NCBI GenBank assembly: GCA_045543935.1
Contig: JAZPYA010000039.1
Span: 102,292-166,291 of the forward strand
DNA: 64,000 nucleotides
Source: Alistipes sp.
GTDB lineage: Bacteria > Bacteroidota > Bacteroidia > Bacteroidales > Rikenellaceae
Direction of reading: 5' to 3'
The translations under genes were made by a program, and so were the position numbers. Below, piece by piece: positions 44,083 through 54,047 of the stretch. The notes under the pieces are model-generated. The model ran no database searches and was not told where the DNA came from. It saw only the letters and a program-made list of their open reading frames with translations. Each line of letters opens with the position of its first letter. Position 1 is the first letter of the stretch.

Positions 44083-44774
44083 TGGGTAAGCAGAATCCGA
44101 AGACTGCTGCGGTAGAGGAGACTACCTCTGCCGCAGTTCAGCCGGAGACTATCTCCGCAGATAACACCCCACAATCCGAGTCGGAACAGTCTGCACCAAG
44201 CAGCCCGACATATCGAATAGTGGTTTGTGCTCACGAAGGAACCGAGGATCTTATTGCAAAGGCGTGGGCGAAAATGTGTGACGAGCCTATTCTTATCATT
44301 CCGATTGCGGAGGGTGACGATGACGCTCGTGCAATCCTTACCACGATAATCGCAAATTCTGATGTTTGCGATGACTTTGTGCTCGTTAAGGCAAACACGA
44401 TTCCTTGCTCTCGTGTTACGATGGCCGACCTCTCTGTGCCGGTAGTCTATCTCGACAAGGCTAACAATGAGCATTATTCGCACCGCTTGCCAATGCCTTT
44501 CAATAAGGCTTTGCTAGTCGAGGCGTTTGGTGCAGAGGATTACCCAGATACCGATGAGGACGATGAGAAGTTCTTGCGTTCTTACGCCGAGAAAAATCTC
44601 TCTCGACCAATTCAGGTGTCGCATTACTTTGGTAATTACCTTACCGTTGTTCTGCGAGGTAATCCTTGCCCAGCTGTTATCGCCGAAGGTATCAAACGCA
44701 GGAAGTTCCTCTGTGCTAATGCCGTTGGCTTCAAGGCTGTCGAACCTTTTGTTGAAGCATTATTGTCTAAATGA
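44082..44774 (+). CDS. Phage hypothetical protein, possible degenerate glycosyltransferase-like fold
   Basis: Low-complexity N-terminus; DDFVLV and SHRLP motifs resemble GT-A/Stealth-like proteins but the acidic motif is absent. Confidence 0.5.
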   Translation: MGKQNPKTAAVEETTSAAVQPETISADNTPQSESEQSAPSSPTYRIVVCAHEGTEDLIAKAWAKMCDEPILIIPIAEGDDDARAILTTIIANSDVCDDFVLVKANTIPCSRVTMADLSVPVVYLDKANNEHYSHRLPMPFNKALLVEAFGAEDYPDTDEDDEKFLRSYAEKNLSRPIQVSHYFGNYLTVVLRGNPCPAVIAEGIKRRKFLCANAVGFKAVEPFVEALLSK

Positions 44775-45457
44775 TAGGTGTAATCCAAAAGTGGTTGATG
44801 TCGGGAGCCGAGGTTCAGGAAGGACTTCGGCTCCTTAACCAATATGCACCAAACAAACATCTTCATCGTCTTGTCTCGCTTCGCCCAGACAAGTTCCGCC
44901 CACTTCTCATACAGACTTTGTCTGCTTTAATACCAACAGCATCGGCTAATCTCATACAGCCGGTCATACACAAAATTACTTTTCGAGAGCAATGGTCGTT
45001 CCTTGATGACAACGACTGCCCAAATGAATTAAAGATCCTTGCTGCCGATAAAATCTCCGCATATAGAAATTATACCTCCGCACATCAACAGCTTTTTGAG
45101 TGTGTAACGGAGGAAGATTGCTTTTCGGTAGCGAAAAAGGTGGTAGAAAATTTCATCGAAAATCGGAAAATTCATTCCGAGTTAGCATATTACAAAGAAC
45201 ACCATGTCGTTCTTGGCAAGCACCCTATTTTTGAAGAGGTCAAGCGTATTGCGGAATTGAGACAACTACCTGTTGCGGAATTGTTCCGGCGTAAGACGAA
45301 CCTTGAAGAAGCGATATGGAGAGTTCAAAGCGAAATACGAAAGGGCAACAAGCCACATCTGTTATCTGAACGAGAACAACGCCTCTCTGCTAAACGAAGA
45401 GAACTTGCCGAAGTAGAACGAATAATATCGGGATATGGGACTATTCAACATCAGTGA
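44771..45457 (+). CDS. Conserved phage hypothetical protein
   Basis: Overlapping ORF in the head operon; FREQWSFL..DCP.ELKIL..DK. Confidence 0.75.
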   Translation: MIGVIQKWLMSGAEVQEGLRLLNQYAPNKHLHRLVSLRPDKFRPLLIQTLSALIPTASANLIQPVIHKITFREQWSFLDDNDCPNELKILAADKISAYRNYTSAHQQLFECVTEEDCFSVAKKVVENFIENRKIHSELAYYKEHHVVLGKHPIFEEVKRIAELRQLPVAELFRRKTNLEEAIWRVQSEIRKGNKPHLLSEREQRLSAKRRELAEVERIISGYGTIQHQ

Positions 45458-46040
45458 AATGCTCAATGGTAATGATGTCGCTTCTCCATCAGAACACACC
45501 ACTCGCTCTACCTCTACTTGCGAGAGGTTTGAAAATATGCATCTCGAAAAAGTAAATAGCTTGAAGCAACTATTAGGTCGAGTTCCCGGTCAGGGTGAGA
45601 TATTTTTCCTCTGGACTCTCAACTCCTTCAATGCTTTTACCTTTATCACATATGTCATCAAGCATTTCGGTAAAATCAAGCAGCTTACTTTTTCAACTTA
45701 CTCCATCAACGAAAGAATCCTGACATCGTTGGTGAAATGGTACGACAAAGGCTGCATCGAGCGTATCTACATATGTATTTCTGACTCGATACGCAGTCGA
45801 GTACCGAAAGTAAACGACCAGCTTCAAGCGTTTGCTTCAACAAGGAATATCGATATCGGGTATGCTTGGAACCATTCCAAGGTTACACTCATACAGACCG
45901 CCGAGCATCATTTTGTTGTTGCTGGCTCTGGAAATTTTAGTGAAAACGCATTAAACGAACAATATATCTTTTTGAACGATGAACAAATCTTCAACTTCTT
46001 CGATGACTGTATCAGAAATCGGTCTGACCGCCGAGAATAG
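45435..46040 (+). CDS. Phospholipase-D-like (HxK) domain protein
   Basis: STYSIN, NHSKVTLI ... VVAGSGNFS.N...EQ. Confidence 0.75.
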   Translation: MGLFNISEMLNGNDVASPSEHTTRSTSTCERFENMHLEKVNSLKQLLGRVPGQGEIFFLWTLNSFNAFTFITYVIKHFGKIKQLTFSTYSINERILTSLVKWYDKGCIERIYICISDSIRSRVPKVNDQLQAFASTRNIDIGYAWNHSKVTLIQTAEHHFVVAGSGNFSENALNEQYIFLNDEQIFNFFDDCIRNRSDRRE

Positions 46041-46929
46041 AGAAGAACTGCTCTCTTTGGGAGCTCTCGGTTGGAGTGATGATGAAATAGCCGTGTATTT
46101 CGGTTGGGATAAGTCTGCATTGCGGAGGGAGCGTTCCAATCCTGACAGCGAAATCTCGCTTCTGTTACTGCGTGGCAAACTCCAAAAAAGAGCAGCGATA
46201 GAATGCCGCCTCTTAAAGGAGGCTGAAGGTGGAAATCTCACGGCAGCCAAACAGTTCTCGGAAGTTATGCGAGATAAGAGTTTTCAACTCTCAAAACTCG
46301 ATTTGTTTGGAGGGCCCGCCGATGAGGGTGCGATGGAACGCATACAAAATTATATCGATGGTGGTTGTAAAACCGATTTGTCTCCGGGCGAACAAATATA
46401 TATCGACCTCCTCGTGATGATATACTCTCTCGATGGCCAACACGGAAAGCGTAATACCATTCGCTTTCTTACTCGTAAGCCATTCGGTTTTTCCTACGCT
46501 CGTGCAAGCGAGTTATATGCCGAAGCGGTTGAAATGTTTTTTGCTAATCGCCAAGTTTCCAAAGATGCGATGAGAGCAAAGGTCGCCGACCAATTTGATA
46601 CGCTTCACGCTGCCGCTGTCGCCTCTGCCAGGACTACTCGTGACTATGAGGTTGCTGCGAACATCTTGGCGCAGAAAGCAAAGATCCTTCGCCTCGACCA
46701 AGAAGACCCTGAGGTGCTGCCACCATCTCAATATCAAAAACAATTCCGTGTGCTATCCTTAACGCCTGAGTCGATAGGTCTTCCTTCTGCGAACCGCGAT
46801 ATTCTGGCTGCCCAAATAGACTCACTCAACCTTGATAGCAGTGTACGAAAGCGTCTGCGTATGGAAGCAGGTATCGAGGATGTTGAAATTATAGAATACT
46901 TGGAACATGTCGTACAGGAAGAAGGTTAA
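45979..46929 (+). CDS. terS: Probable terminase small subunit
   Basis: N-terminal HTH-like segment; overlaps terL start; position-based call. Confidence 0.55.
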   Translation: MNKSSTSSMTVSEIGLTAENREELLSLGALGWSDDEIAVYFGWDKSALRRERSNPDSEISLLLLRGKLQKRAAIECRLLKEAEGGNLTAAKQFSEVMRDKSFQLSKLDLFGGPADEGAMERIQNYIDGGCKTDLSPGEQIYIDLLVMIYSLDGQHGKRNTIRFLTRKPFGFSYARASELYAEAVEMFFANRQVSKDAMRAKVADQFDTLHAAAVASARTTRDYEVAANILAQKAKILRLDQEDPEVLPPSQYQKQFRVLSLTPESIGLPSANRDILAAQIDSLNLDSSVRKRLRMEAGIEDVEIIEYLEHVVQEEG

Positions 46930-48688
46930 AGAAGAGGTTTCCGATATTGTAGATATCCAATATCAGAATAAATTTGCTCAAATCGTATCTTTGGTCGCAC
47001 CATGTCGTCTATTCGGCATACTCGGCCGAGGCTCTGCGAAGACCACCGATATACAGGTTGAGAGGCTTATCGATATAATGTATGATATGCCCGGTGCTCC
47101 TTGCGCTTGGGTGGCAGACACATTTAGCAACCTTACTGCCAATGTGCTGCCAGCTGTGCTCGAAGGTCTTGAACGCAAAGGCTTCCGAGAAGGCGTTCAT
47201 TATGTTATCGAAAAGGAACCTCCAACTTTTACCGACAAAGAAAAGGAGGCTCTACCTGATTGGCTTCGCCCACACTTCTGGAAACCGTTTAACAAACTCG
47301 TTTCCTACAAGCGTACTATCGTTTTCTTTACCGGTATGAATGTTCGCTTCGGCTCCTTGGATAGACCTTCTTCGCTTGCCGGAGCATCAGTAGTCCACCT
47401 CTTTGGCGATGAGGCAAAGTATTTCAAAGAAGAGAAGATTGCCAACCAATTAAAAGCAGTTCGTGGCTATCGTACCCAATACGGACACTCTGTGTTCTAT
47501 CGAGGTGTAACCTTTACCTCGGATATCGCCGACCCTTCTCACATCGGAGAGTATGATTGGATGCAGAAAGAAATCAAGAACATGAATGTCGATAAGGTGT
47601 TGCTCATTATGAAAGTCGGGTTGGTCTATAATGAGGCATTGCAAGAGTTTGTTGCCGCCAAAGAACAATGGCGTAAAACACCTAATCGTGAGACTGCCAC
47701 CATTTGCAAAAATAAGCTCAAAGTCGCAAATCTTTGGAAAGCAAGATGGACCGAGTTGCGCAAGATGGACGATGCTCGCACCTTCTTTTTGAGAGCATCG
47801 AGTTATGTCAATGTCGATATTCTAACCGAGGGTTGGTTTGCCGATGCAATAGCCGCAGACTTTAACGATCTGCGAACAGCGATACTCTCTTGTAAGCCTT
47901 CACTTAAAAGTGGTGATAGATTCTATGCAGCACTCGGTGAGCAGCATTTCTACAAAGATGGTATTGACGAAGAAGCCTATGACCGAGTTGGCTTGTTGGA
48001 AAAAGAGGATTGCAGGGTGCTGAAATACCTCAATTTACACAAGCCTCTACAACTCGGTATAGATTTCGGCAATATGTGTTCTCTGTCCATCGCACAAGAC
48101 GATTCGATACACGGCCGAGATTGTCTGCGTGTCGTCAAGTTCCTCTATACGCTGGCTCCGGAATATCTTATTGACCTTGGTGAGAAATTTAGAGAATACT
48201 TCGCTCCGATGGCTAATAAGACCGTACATCTTTATTATGACCGAGCCGGTAATAACTATAAGATGGTACAAAAAGACCAGGCTACCGAATTTAAGAAAGC
48301 CATTGAGCGAGACCGTGATGGTCGTAGAACAGGCTGGGTTGTAATTATGGAGTCTCTCGGTCAGGGCAATATCGGTCAACCGGAAGAGTACCATTTTATG
48401 CAGACAATTCTTTCGGATGTAAACCCTCATCTCCCTCGTGTACTGATAGACTATTACGCTGCCAAGCATCTTCGTCTCTCATTACAAGGGGCTCGTACCA
48501 AAGTCAAATCGGGAGTTGTGTTCAAGGATAAGAGTAGCGAGCATCTCCCTATCGAGCAACTCCCTTCTCACTCAACAAATCCTTCGGATTCGTTCAAGTA
48601 TTTAGTTATGACTAAACAGCGGCGCCGAATAGCCAAGGGAAGAGTTCCTGTTCCTTCGGCCATTGGCGATCCGCAGTTTGGCAAATAG
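46907..48688 (+). CDS. terL: Terminase large subunit
   Basis: GRGSAKTT Walker A, FGDEAK Walker B, LGIDFG RNase-H motif, NPSDSFKY. Confidence 0.9.
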   Translation: MSYRKKVKEEVSDIVDIQYQNKFAQIVSLVAPCRLFGILGRGSAKTTDIQVERLIDIMYDMPGAPCAWVADTFSNLTANVLPAVLEGLERKGFREGVHYVIEKEPPTFTDKEKEALPDWLRPHFWKPFNKLVSYKRTIVFFTGMNVRFGSLDRPSSLAGASVVHLFGDEAKYFKEEKIANQLKAVRGYRTQYGHSVFYRGVTFTSDIADPSHIGEYDWMQKEIKNMNVDKVLLIMKVGLVYNEALQEFVAAKEQWRKTPNRETATICKNKLKVANLWKARWTELRKMDDARTFFLRASSYVNVDILTEGWFADAIAADFNDLRTAILSCKPSLKSGDRFYAALGEQHFYKDGIDEEAYDRVGLLEKEDCRVLKYLNLHKPLQLGIDFGNMCSLSIAQDDSIHGRDCLRVVKFLYTLAPEYLIDLGEKFREYFAPMANKTVHLYYDRAGNNYKMVQKDQATEFKKAIERDRDGRRTGWVVIMESLGQGNIGQPEEYHFMQTILSDVNPHLPRVLIDYYAAKHLRLSLQGARTKVKSGVVFKDKSSEHLPIEQLPSHSTNPSDSFKYLVMTKQRRRIAKGRVPVPSAIGDPQFGK

Positions 48689-49210
48689 GTATTTTGTTCC
48701 ACAAAATGTATTCACCCTGCAAAGATGGTTTGCAGGGTTTTTCGATATATACTCATTTCGGAGTCTCTTCTCCTTTGGTTGGAATTGTGTGTCTGTACAC
48801 GCACCATTCTATATCCACCCTCGGTTCTTGCCCTATTCAGATACAAAGGAACAACGCCGCTTTTCACCTGTTCAATGAACCTCGACAATTTTTTCAAGTC
48901 TGTCGATGAAGAAATTTACCTGACGGCACTCTGAAGAAATTTCATCAAAAAAATTTCGAGAACCCTTGCAAGCAGGTCTATTGGTGCTTCGCATTTATGC
49001 TTACTGTGTAAAGGCGGTGTCGAATTCCTGTATCAGAAAGGTTCACGAAACGAGGCTGGACGATAGTTCAATGGTTCTTTGACATACTGACAAACAATTC
49101 ATCGAAGCCCGATGAATAGACTCCGAAACAAATATCGAAAATAGATATAAAGGTTACTCACTCGGCAGTCCGATAGAGCCGAGAAATTCAAACTCTAAAA
49201 TTCAAAAGTT

Positions 49211-49591
49211 ATGTATTCAATCGAAGAGATTAACTCAATCGTGGCAACTATCCACGAGCAACTGAAAGCCACCACGCCAATCGCAGTGCGTTGGTCGTGG
49301 GGCATTAGCAAACAACAGGCGACACTCTACGAGGATAAGCCCACTCTTGCCCTGCGTGTAAGCGGAGCATTGCATAAGGGGTGGGTTTTCATTTCCTACG
49401 ATAGAGCCTCCGACCTCTACGACATTAGTATCGTATCGCTGAAAGGCGAATGCAAGCACAAAGTCGAGGGGGTTTATTTCGATGATATGGGCAAAGTTAT
49501 AGACGGCATTATCGAGCGAGACCCCTGCGCCACCGATGAAGAATATATCAAAATCGCAAAGGCTGATACAATTCGCAAATTGTCAGCCTAA
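49211..49591 (+). CDS. Hypothetical protein, first gene of inserted cassette
   Basis: Preceded by CTCGGC/GCCGAG hairpin and A-rich leader. Confidence 0.8.
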   Translation: MYSIEEINSIVATIHEQLKATTPIAVRWSWGISKQQATLYEDKPTLALRVSGALHKGWVFISYDRASDLYDISIVSLKGECKHKVEGVYFDDMGKVIDGIIERDPCATDEEYIKIAKADTIRKLSA

Positions 49592-49658
49592 CAACACACC
49601 CCAAGCCGATGGGGGCAGACATCGGCACAATTTTCTAAATCTTAAAAACTAAATCGTT

Positions 49659-50222
49659 ATGAAAAAGACTGAAAAGACAATCGCTACAACCGTAGCAAAG
49701 GGAGCAAACATCGAGAACATTGCACCAAAGACCGCAACCACAGCGGAGCAGACACCAACCACCGCAGAACAGCCGACACCACAAGCCGAGCCAACTGCAC
49801 CAAAGCAGACACCCCCTGCAACCCCCGACAAAGAGAAGACTTTGAACGAGGCAAAGCAGGTGCTTGAACTCTCAAAGCGTATCGAGGAGTTAGAGGCACA
49901 ACTCCGCAAAGAGCCTCAAAGCATTGAGGAGCGTATCGAGTATTACGAGCGCAAGCAGGCTCTTACCGAGCGATACAAGAAATTGCAGGATAAAATCGCA
50001 GAACTTGATGACCTCCGAGCAAATGTTATCGCCTCTAACCTCGAAGCAGGTGATTTCGAGGATAGAAAAGATTTCTATCGCTTGCAGTTAATCGTGCCAG
50101 GATATAGAAACGACACGGCTTTCTCTATCGGCAACCAGGCACTCATCGACTATGTGCTGGAACTCCTCCAAAATCGAATGCACGAAACGGCTGACAAGTT
50201 GCAAATTGAAATTGCAGCCTAA
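49659..50222 (+). CDS. Hypothetical coiled-coil protein of inserted cassette
   Basis: Preceded by GCCGATG/CATCGGC hairpin; T/P/Q-rich N-terminus. Confidence 0.8.
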   Translation: MKKTEKTIATTVAKGANIENIAPKTATTAEQTPTTAEQPTPQAEPTAPKQTPPATPDKEKTLNEAKQVLELSKRIEELEAQLRKEPQSIEERIEYYERKQALTERYKKLQDKIAELDDLRANVIASNLEAGDFEDRKDFYRLQLIVPGYRNDTAFSIGNQALIDYVLELLQNRMHETADKLQIEIAA

Positions 50223-50284
50223 CACCAAGCAGGGGCGGATATCCGCCCCTCTTTCAAATGTTTAATATCTAAAAATATAGCACT

Positions 50285-50800
50285 ATGACACCGAACAACA
50301 CAACACCAAACAACCAAGCACCGACCAAGTTACAGGAAAAGAGAGCAATTCTTGTTGCTCTATCCCAACAGGCAAAGCAACTGCGACAGGATAAAATCAA
50401 CAACGCACAAACCACCGAAGAGGCTGCTTTTTGGTCTTCTCGCACTATAAACTATATGCTCCTCAATCACATATACAAGAGCGAGAGCGTAAGGTTTGAA
50501 ACCTTCAAAGAGTGGAAAGCACAGGGGGCAACAATCAAGAAAGGTGCAAAGGCTACTATCATATGGGGGCAACCTCGACAGGGCGTTGCAACCATTGAGC
50601 AGAAATTGCAGAAAGACCCACACTCCGTGCCGGTTGATGATATCGCAGTCGAGGAATATGAGTTCTTCCCTTTGTGCTACCTCTTTTCCGAAGATGATGT
50701 ATATTTCACAAATGCCGAGCAGGACAACGCACACGAGGCAGAGCCGACCTCTGCTCCTGTTGAGCCTGTGATAAGCGATGACACCTTCGATATTATATAG
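50285..50800 (+). CDS. ArdC-like N-terminal ssDNA-binding domain protein (antirestriction)
   Basis: FETFKEWKAQGATIKKGAKATIIWG ... FFPLCYLFSEDDV; preceded by AGGGGCGG/CCGCCCCT hairpin. Confidence 0.75.
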   Translation: MTPNNTTPNNQAPTKLQEKRAILVALSQQAKQLRQDKINNAQTTEEAAFWSSRTINYMLLNHIYKSESVRFETFKEWKAQGATIKKGAKATIIWGQPRQGVATIEQKLQKDPHSVPVDDIAVEEYEFFPLCYLFSEDDVYFTNAEQDNAHEAEPTSAPVEPVISDDTFDII

Positions 50801-50804
50801 TGAT

Positions 50805-50876
50805 ATGGGCGGTTTTGCTCTCTTATTCCTCATTATCTTATTGGGTGCTGCATCGGCTAACGCAAGCGACAAATAA
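50805..50876 (+). CDS. Possible 23-aa hydrophobic peptide
   Basis: MGGFALLFLIILLGAASANASDK; below ORF-track cutoff. Confidence 0.3.
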   Translation: MGGFALLFLIILLGAASANASDK

Positions 50877-51446
50877 GACACGGAGCGCATCGGGCATCGG
50901 TAGAAACCCACCGAAAATCGGTGGGCGCCGGCAAGCGGTATCTCCATTAACTCGACAGTCTTTGACTGCCGAGTTTTTTGTTTTGCCTTGGTGTGTAATA
51001 TAAGGCAAGCCCAAAACCATTCCGATATCTGTTGTTTACTTTGAAGCCTCCATTTCGTTGGACTCTTTGAGCCTCTACATTGCGACAAATCAAAGGGTTA
51101 CAATAGGTGTTGCGATGCAACAATTATGTTTATGGTGGGATTTTGCACTGCGTGCGTTTTCAAAATAGGAGTCGCAGGGCGACACTCGTGTCTATGGTGG
51201 CATTTCGCCATATATCACCTTTTCGGCTGTTTGCGACCGCAAGTGTTCGAGAGGGCGGGGCGGGCTTAAATTTGAGTGCGTCTCGGCGTTTTTGTCAAAA
51301 CGCCGAGACAACAGCCACAAATTCAAATACTTAATGAATTTATGGGGTAAAAAAAGTGTAAAAAATCCGCCTTTTTCTTGGAAAAATCGGCTTTTTTGGC
51401 TCGTGTAGCCAAAAAAGGTCAGCGGTATCTTCGCCCTTCGTACCCT

Positions 51447-51480
51447 GTCCTTTGTTACGGAGTTCTTCGATGTAATTTTG
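51447..51480 (+). promoter_or_regulatory. Putative late promoter 2 (GTCCTTT-N19-TAATTTTG)
   Basis: Directly upstream of the portal operon. Confidence 0.6.
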
Positions 51481-51484
51481 TACT

Positions 51485-51757
51485 ATGAAAGTGTTCGAAG
51501 CCATAAAGGAAATGAGACGACTCTCTGCCGAAAATAAATCTTTCGGGTTTTCCTTTATGTCGTGTAACCTAACCAACCAGAGTAGTGAAGGAGTGATAAC
51601 TGTTCGCAAAGCGAGACTGTTGAAGCGAGAGAGTATCAAACATCATAAAAACGCTGAGATAGTGGAAGCCTACATTGACCTTGATACAATGGAGAGCAGA
51701 CGGTTTTACCAACCTTTACTGATGTCTTTCAATGGTGAAAAAGTTGTTTTACAATGA
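51485..51757 (+). CDS. Conserved small phage protein upstream of portal
   Basis: Overlaps the portal start (ATGA). Confidence 0.75.
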   Translation: MKVFEAIKEMRRLSAENKSFGFSFMSCNLTNQSSEGVITVRKARLLKRESIKHHKNAEIVEAYIDLDTMESRRFYQPLLMSFNGEKVVLQ

Positions 51758-53115
51758 GTGAAGTAAAAAAAATATCAGACAATTCTTTTGCGTTACATCT
51801 TGACGATGGTCGAGTGTACACCTTGTCCAACCGTAGGAGTGATGATATAAACTCAGTTCTATGGAGTGTTGGTCGTTCTTACAATTGGGAGACTGTTCCT
51901 CAATTTGTTGGTGATTATCGGATCGTACCATACGGACCGAATAATCTATTGCCAAGCGAATTGCGTTCTACTGTTGATGACAACAATCTTGCTCCGGGCA
52001 TTATCGAAAGACAGTTGGGACTCCTCTTCGGTCAGGGAGTGTTCTTGTATCAACTTGCTTTCGAGGATGGAGAGATTAAGCATTTGTGGCAGCAAGATAA
52101 CGAGATAGAGTCGTGGCTTGCAGATTGGGACTTTATGTCTTACATCAAAGGCATTACGACAGATTACCTCTATCTCAAAGGCTTCTTCAATGCCATATAT
52201 CTGACACGAGGACACCGCATCGGCTCTGCTCCTCAGATTTCGCACTTGGAGCATATTCCGGCAAAGAACGCTCGTCTTGAATGGGCGGATAGCCGTAAGT
52301 TATCCGATGTGAAGCATATTCTTGTCGGCAACTTTGAGCAGAACTGCTTTGATACGGGCGTACAAGCCTTTCCTGTCTATGACCGTAGAAACCCTGCTCG
52401 ATACCCTGTGTCTGCGGCATATAATAGTACCTATTCGTTCTCACGAGACTTCTACTCTGTACCGCCTTATTGGGGTGCTCTCCGATGGATTGTGCGAGGT
52501 AGCGAGATACCTACAATCTTCAAATATGTTACCGACAATGGTCTGAACTTGGCGTACCATATCCATTCGCCAAATGAGTATTGGGATAACAAGCGAGACC
52601 TTCTCAAAATTATGCACGCTGATTGGGACGAGTCCAGAGTTGAGAAAGAGATTGCTAAACTTTCAGAGCAGCTGCTCGTCAGTCTGACTGAGGTGTTGTC
52701 GGGCAAAGAGAATGCCGGCAAATTCTTCCACACAGTAGATATCAACGATGAGACAGGTACTTCCCACGCTTGGAAGATTGAGGCAATAGACCAGAAAATT
52801 AAGGACTTTGTCGATAGTCAGTTGAAGATTGCAGAGGCTTCTTCCTCCGCTATTACTTCGGGTATGGGTTTGCACCCTTCGTTGTCAAATGTTATGGTAA
52901 ACGGTAAATTGGCAAGTGGCTCGGAAATGCTATATGCGTTCCGATTGCACCTTCTGTCGAATGTGGCCATTGCAGAACAGGCTATCCTTGAACAGATAAA
53001 TCAAGCCATAGCCTTCAACTTTCCAAAGAAGAACCTTCGTCTGGGCTTCTACCACCAATCGCTTAAAGCAGAAGAGGCGTTATCATCTTCTGACCGTATT
53101 AAAAACCAAGAGTAA
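51754..53115 (+). CDS. Phage portal protein
   Basis: 453 aa; VPYGPNN.LP, QLGLL.GQG, HIHSP..YW, L.G.ENAGK, MG.HPSL. Confidence 0.8.
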   Translation: MSEVKKISDNSFALHLDDGRVYTLSNRRSDDINSVLWSVGRSYNWETVPQFVGDYRIVPYGPNNLLPSELRSTVDDNNLAPGIIERQLGLLFGQGVFLYQLAFEDGEIKHLWQQDNEIESWLADWDFMSYIKGITTDYLYLKGFFNAIYLTRGHRIGSAPQISHLEHIPAKNARLEWADSRKLSDVKHILVGNFEQNCFDTGVQAFPVYDRRNPARYPVSAAYNSTYSFSRDFYSVPPYWGALRWIVRGSEIPTIFKYVTDNGLNLAYHIHSPNEYWDNKRDLLKIMHADWDESRVEKEIAKLSEQLLVSLTEVLSGKENAGKFFHTVDINDETGTSHAWKIEAIDQKIKDFVDSQLKIAEASSSAITSGMGLHPSLSNVMVNGKLASGSEMLYAFRLHLLSNVAIAEQAILEQINQAIAFNFPKKNLRLGFYHQSLKAEEALSSSDRIKNQE

Positions 53116-53117
53116 CT

Positions 53118-54047
53118 ATGTTGTTCAATAGAGAGGATAAAGGTGCAGTTGAGCTGTACGATTTGACAGGCATATATTGTGCAGGAAACGACTTTACAGC
53201 CATATCGGGAGAGTTATATGATGCTACTCGTGAGGTTGCAAATATCGTAGGTGTCGATGTGGTAAAAGAGGCGGAAGAGGCGTATGCGAATGGCTCTGAT
53301 GAAGAACTCGTTGAGTGTGTCCAACGCCCTATCGCTTGCCTTGCGATGTTGCGATACTTTCGACAGACAGTTGTCTCTCACGATGACGCTGGCCGAAAGG
53401 TTAAAGCAGGAGACGATGAGAAAATTCCGTTTGAGTGGATGCTTGACCGTGATGACCGAGCAATTCAAGAGAAGTATTACCGTTCTCTCGATGCGTTGTT
53501 CGCTTATCTTGAAAAGTCGAAATCAAGCAGCTGGCAAAATTCTTTGATATGGCGAAATGTGAAGGAGTCCATTGTTAAGGATATCCATACATTTGAGTCG
53601 GTATATCCTATCGAGCAAAGTAGATATACCTTCTTTATGCTCCTACCTTTGATAGTCGAGGTACAGCACACCAAGTTGAAGAAGGCTATGGGCGAGACTT
53701 GGGAGCGTATCATCGGGGAGACTGTCGCCGATGGCGACTCCTCTCTGCTCTACTATGCTCGTAGAGTGGCTATTCTCAATGCGGTTGTTATTGCCGTTGA
53801 ACGATGGTCTATTGAGGTGTTCCCTCAATCGGTTGCTCGTAGATTTATGCCTACTTATCAAGGCAATAGAGCCAATACATCTGCCTCTATCGAGGAGATG
53901 GAATGGTATCTCAACAAGTTGAAGGAGCAAGCAGCAGATGCTATGCAAGACCTTCTGTCAGAGGTTGCAGGGAAAAATCAGTACGAGGACTATCCTCTTA
54001 TGCCTGAAAACAACCGAGAAAACAAATTCTTTAATGCAGGACAGTAA
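53118..54047 (+). CDS. DUF6712-like head-tail connector candidate
   Basis: MLFN start, SHDDAGRKV, PFEW...RDD; position after portal. Confidence 0.65.
   Translation: MLFNREDKGAVELYDLTGIYCAGNDFTAISGELYDATREVANIVGVDVVKEAEEAYANGSDEELVECVQRPIACLAMLRYFRQTVVSHDDAGRKVKAGDDEKIPFEWMLDRDDRAIQEKYYRSLDALFAYLEKSKSSSWQNSLIWRNVKESIVKDIHTFESVYPIEQSRYTFFMLLPLIVEVQHTKLKKAMGETWERIIGETVADGDSSLLYYARRVAILNAVVIAVERWSIEVFPQSVARRFMPTYQGNRANTSASIEEMEWYLNKLKEQAADAMQDLLSEVAGKNQYEDYPLMPENNRENKFFNAGQ

Noticed and set aside
48712-48897. 61-aa minus-strand ORF after terL
   Set aside because: TTG start, no motif, overlaps a terminator-like hairpin; cannot be supported without homology data.
49109-49129. Hammerhead ribozyme core (CCGATGA...CGAAAC)
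   Set aside because: Conserved CUGANGA is broken, stem II does not pair, and the sequence is better explained by the TTCATCG/CGATGAA hairpin.
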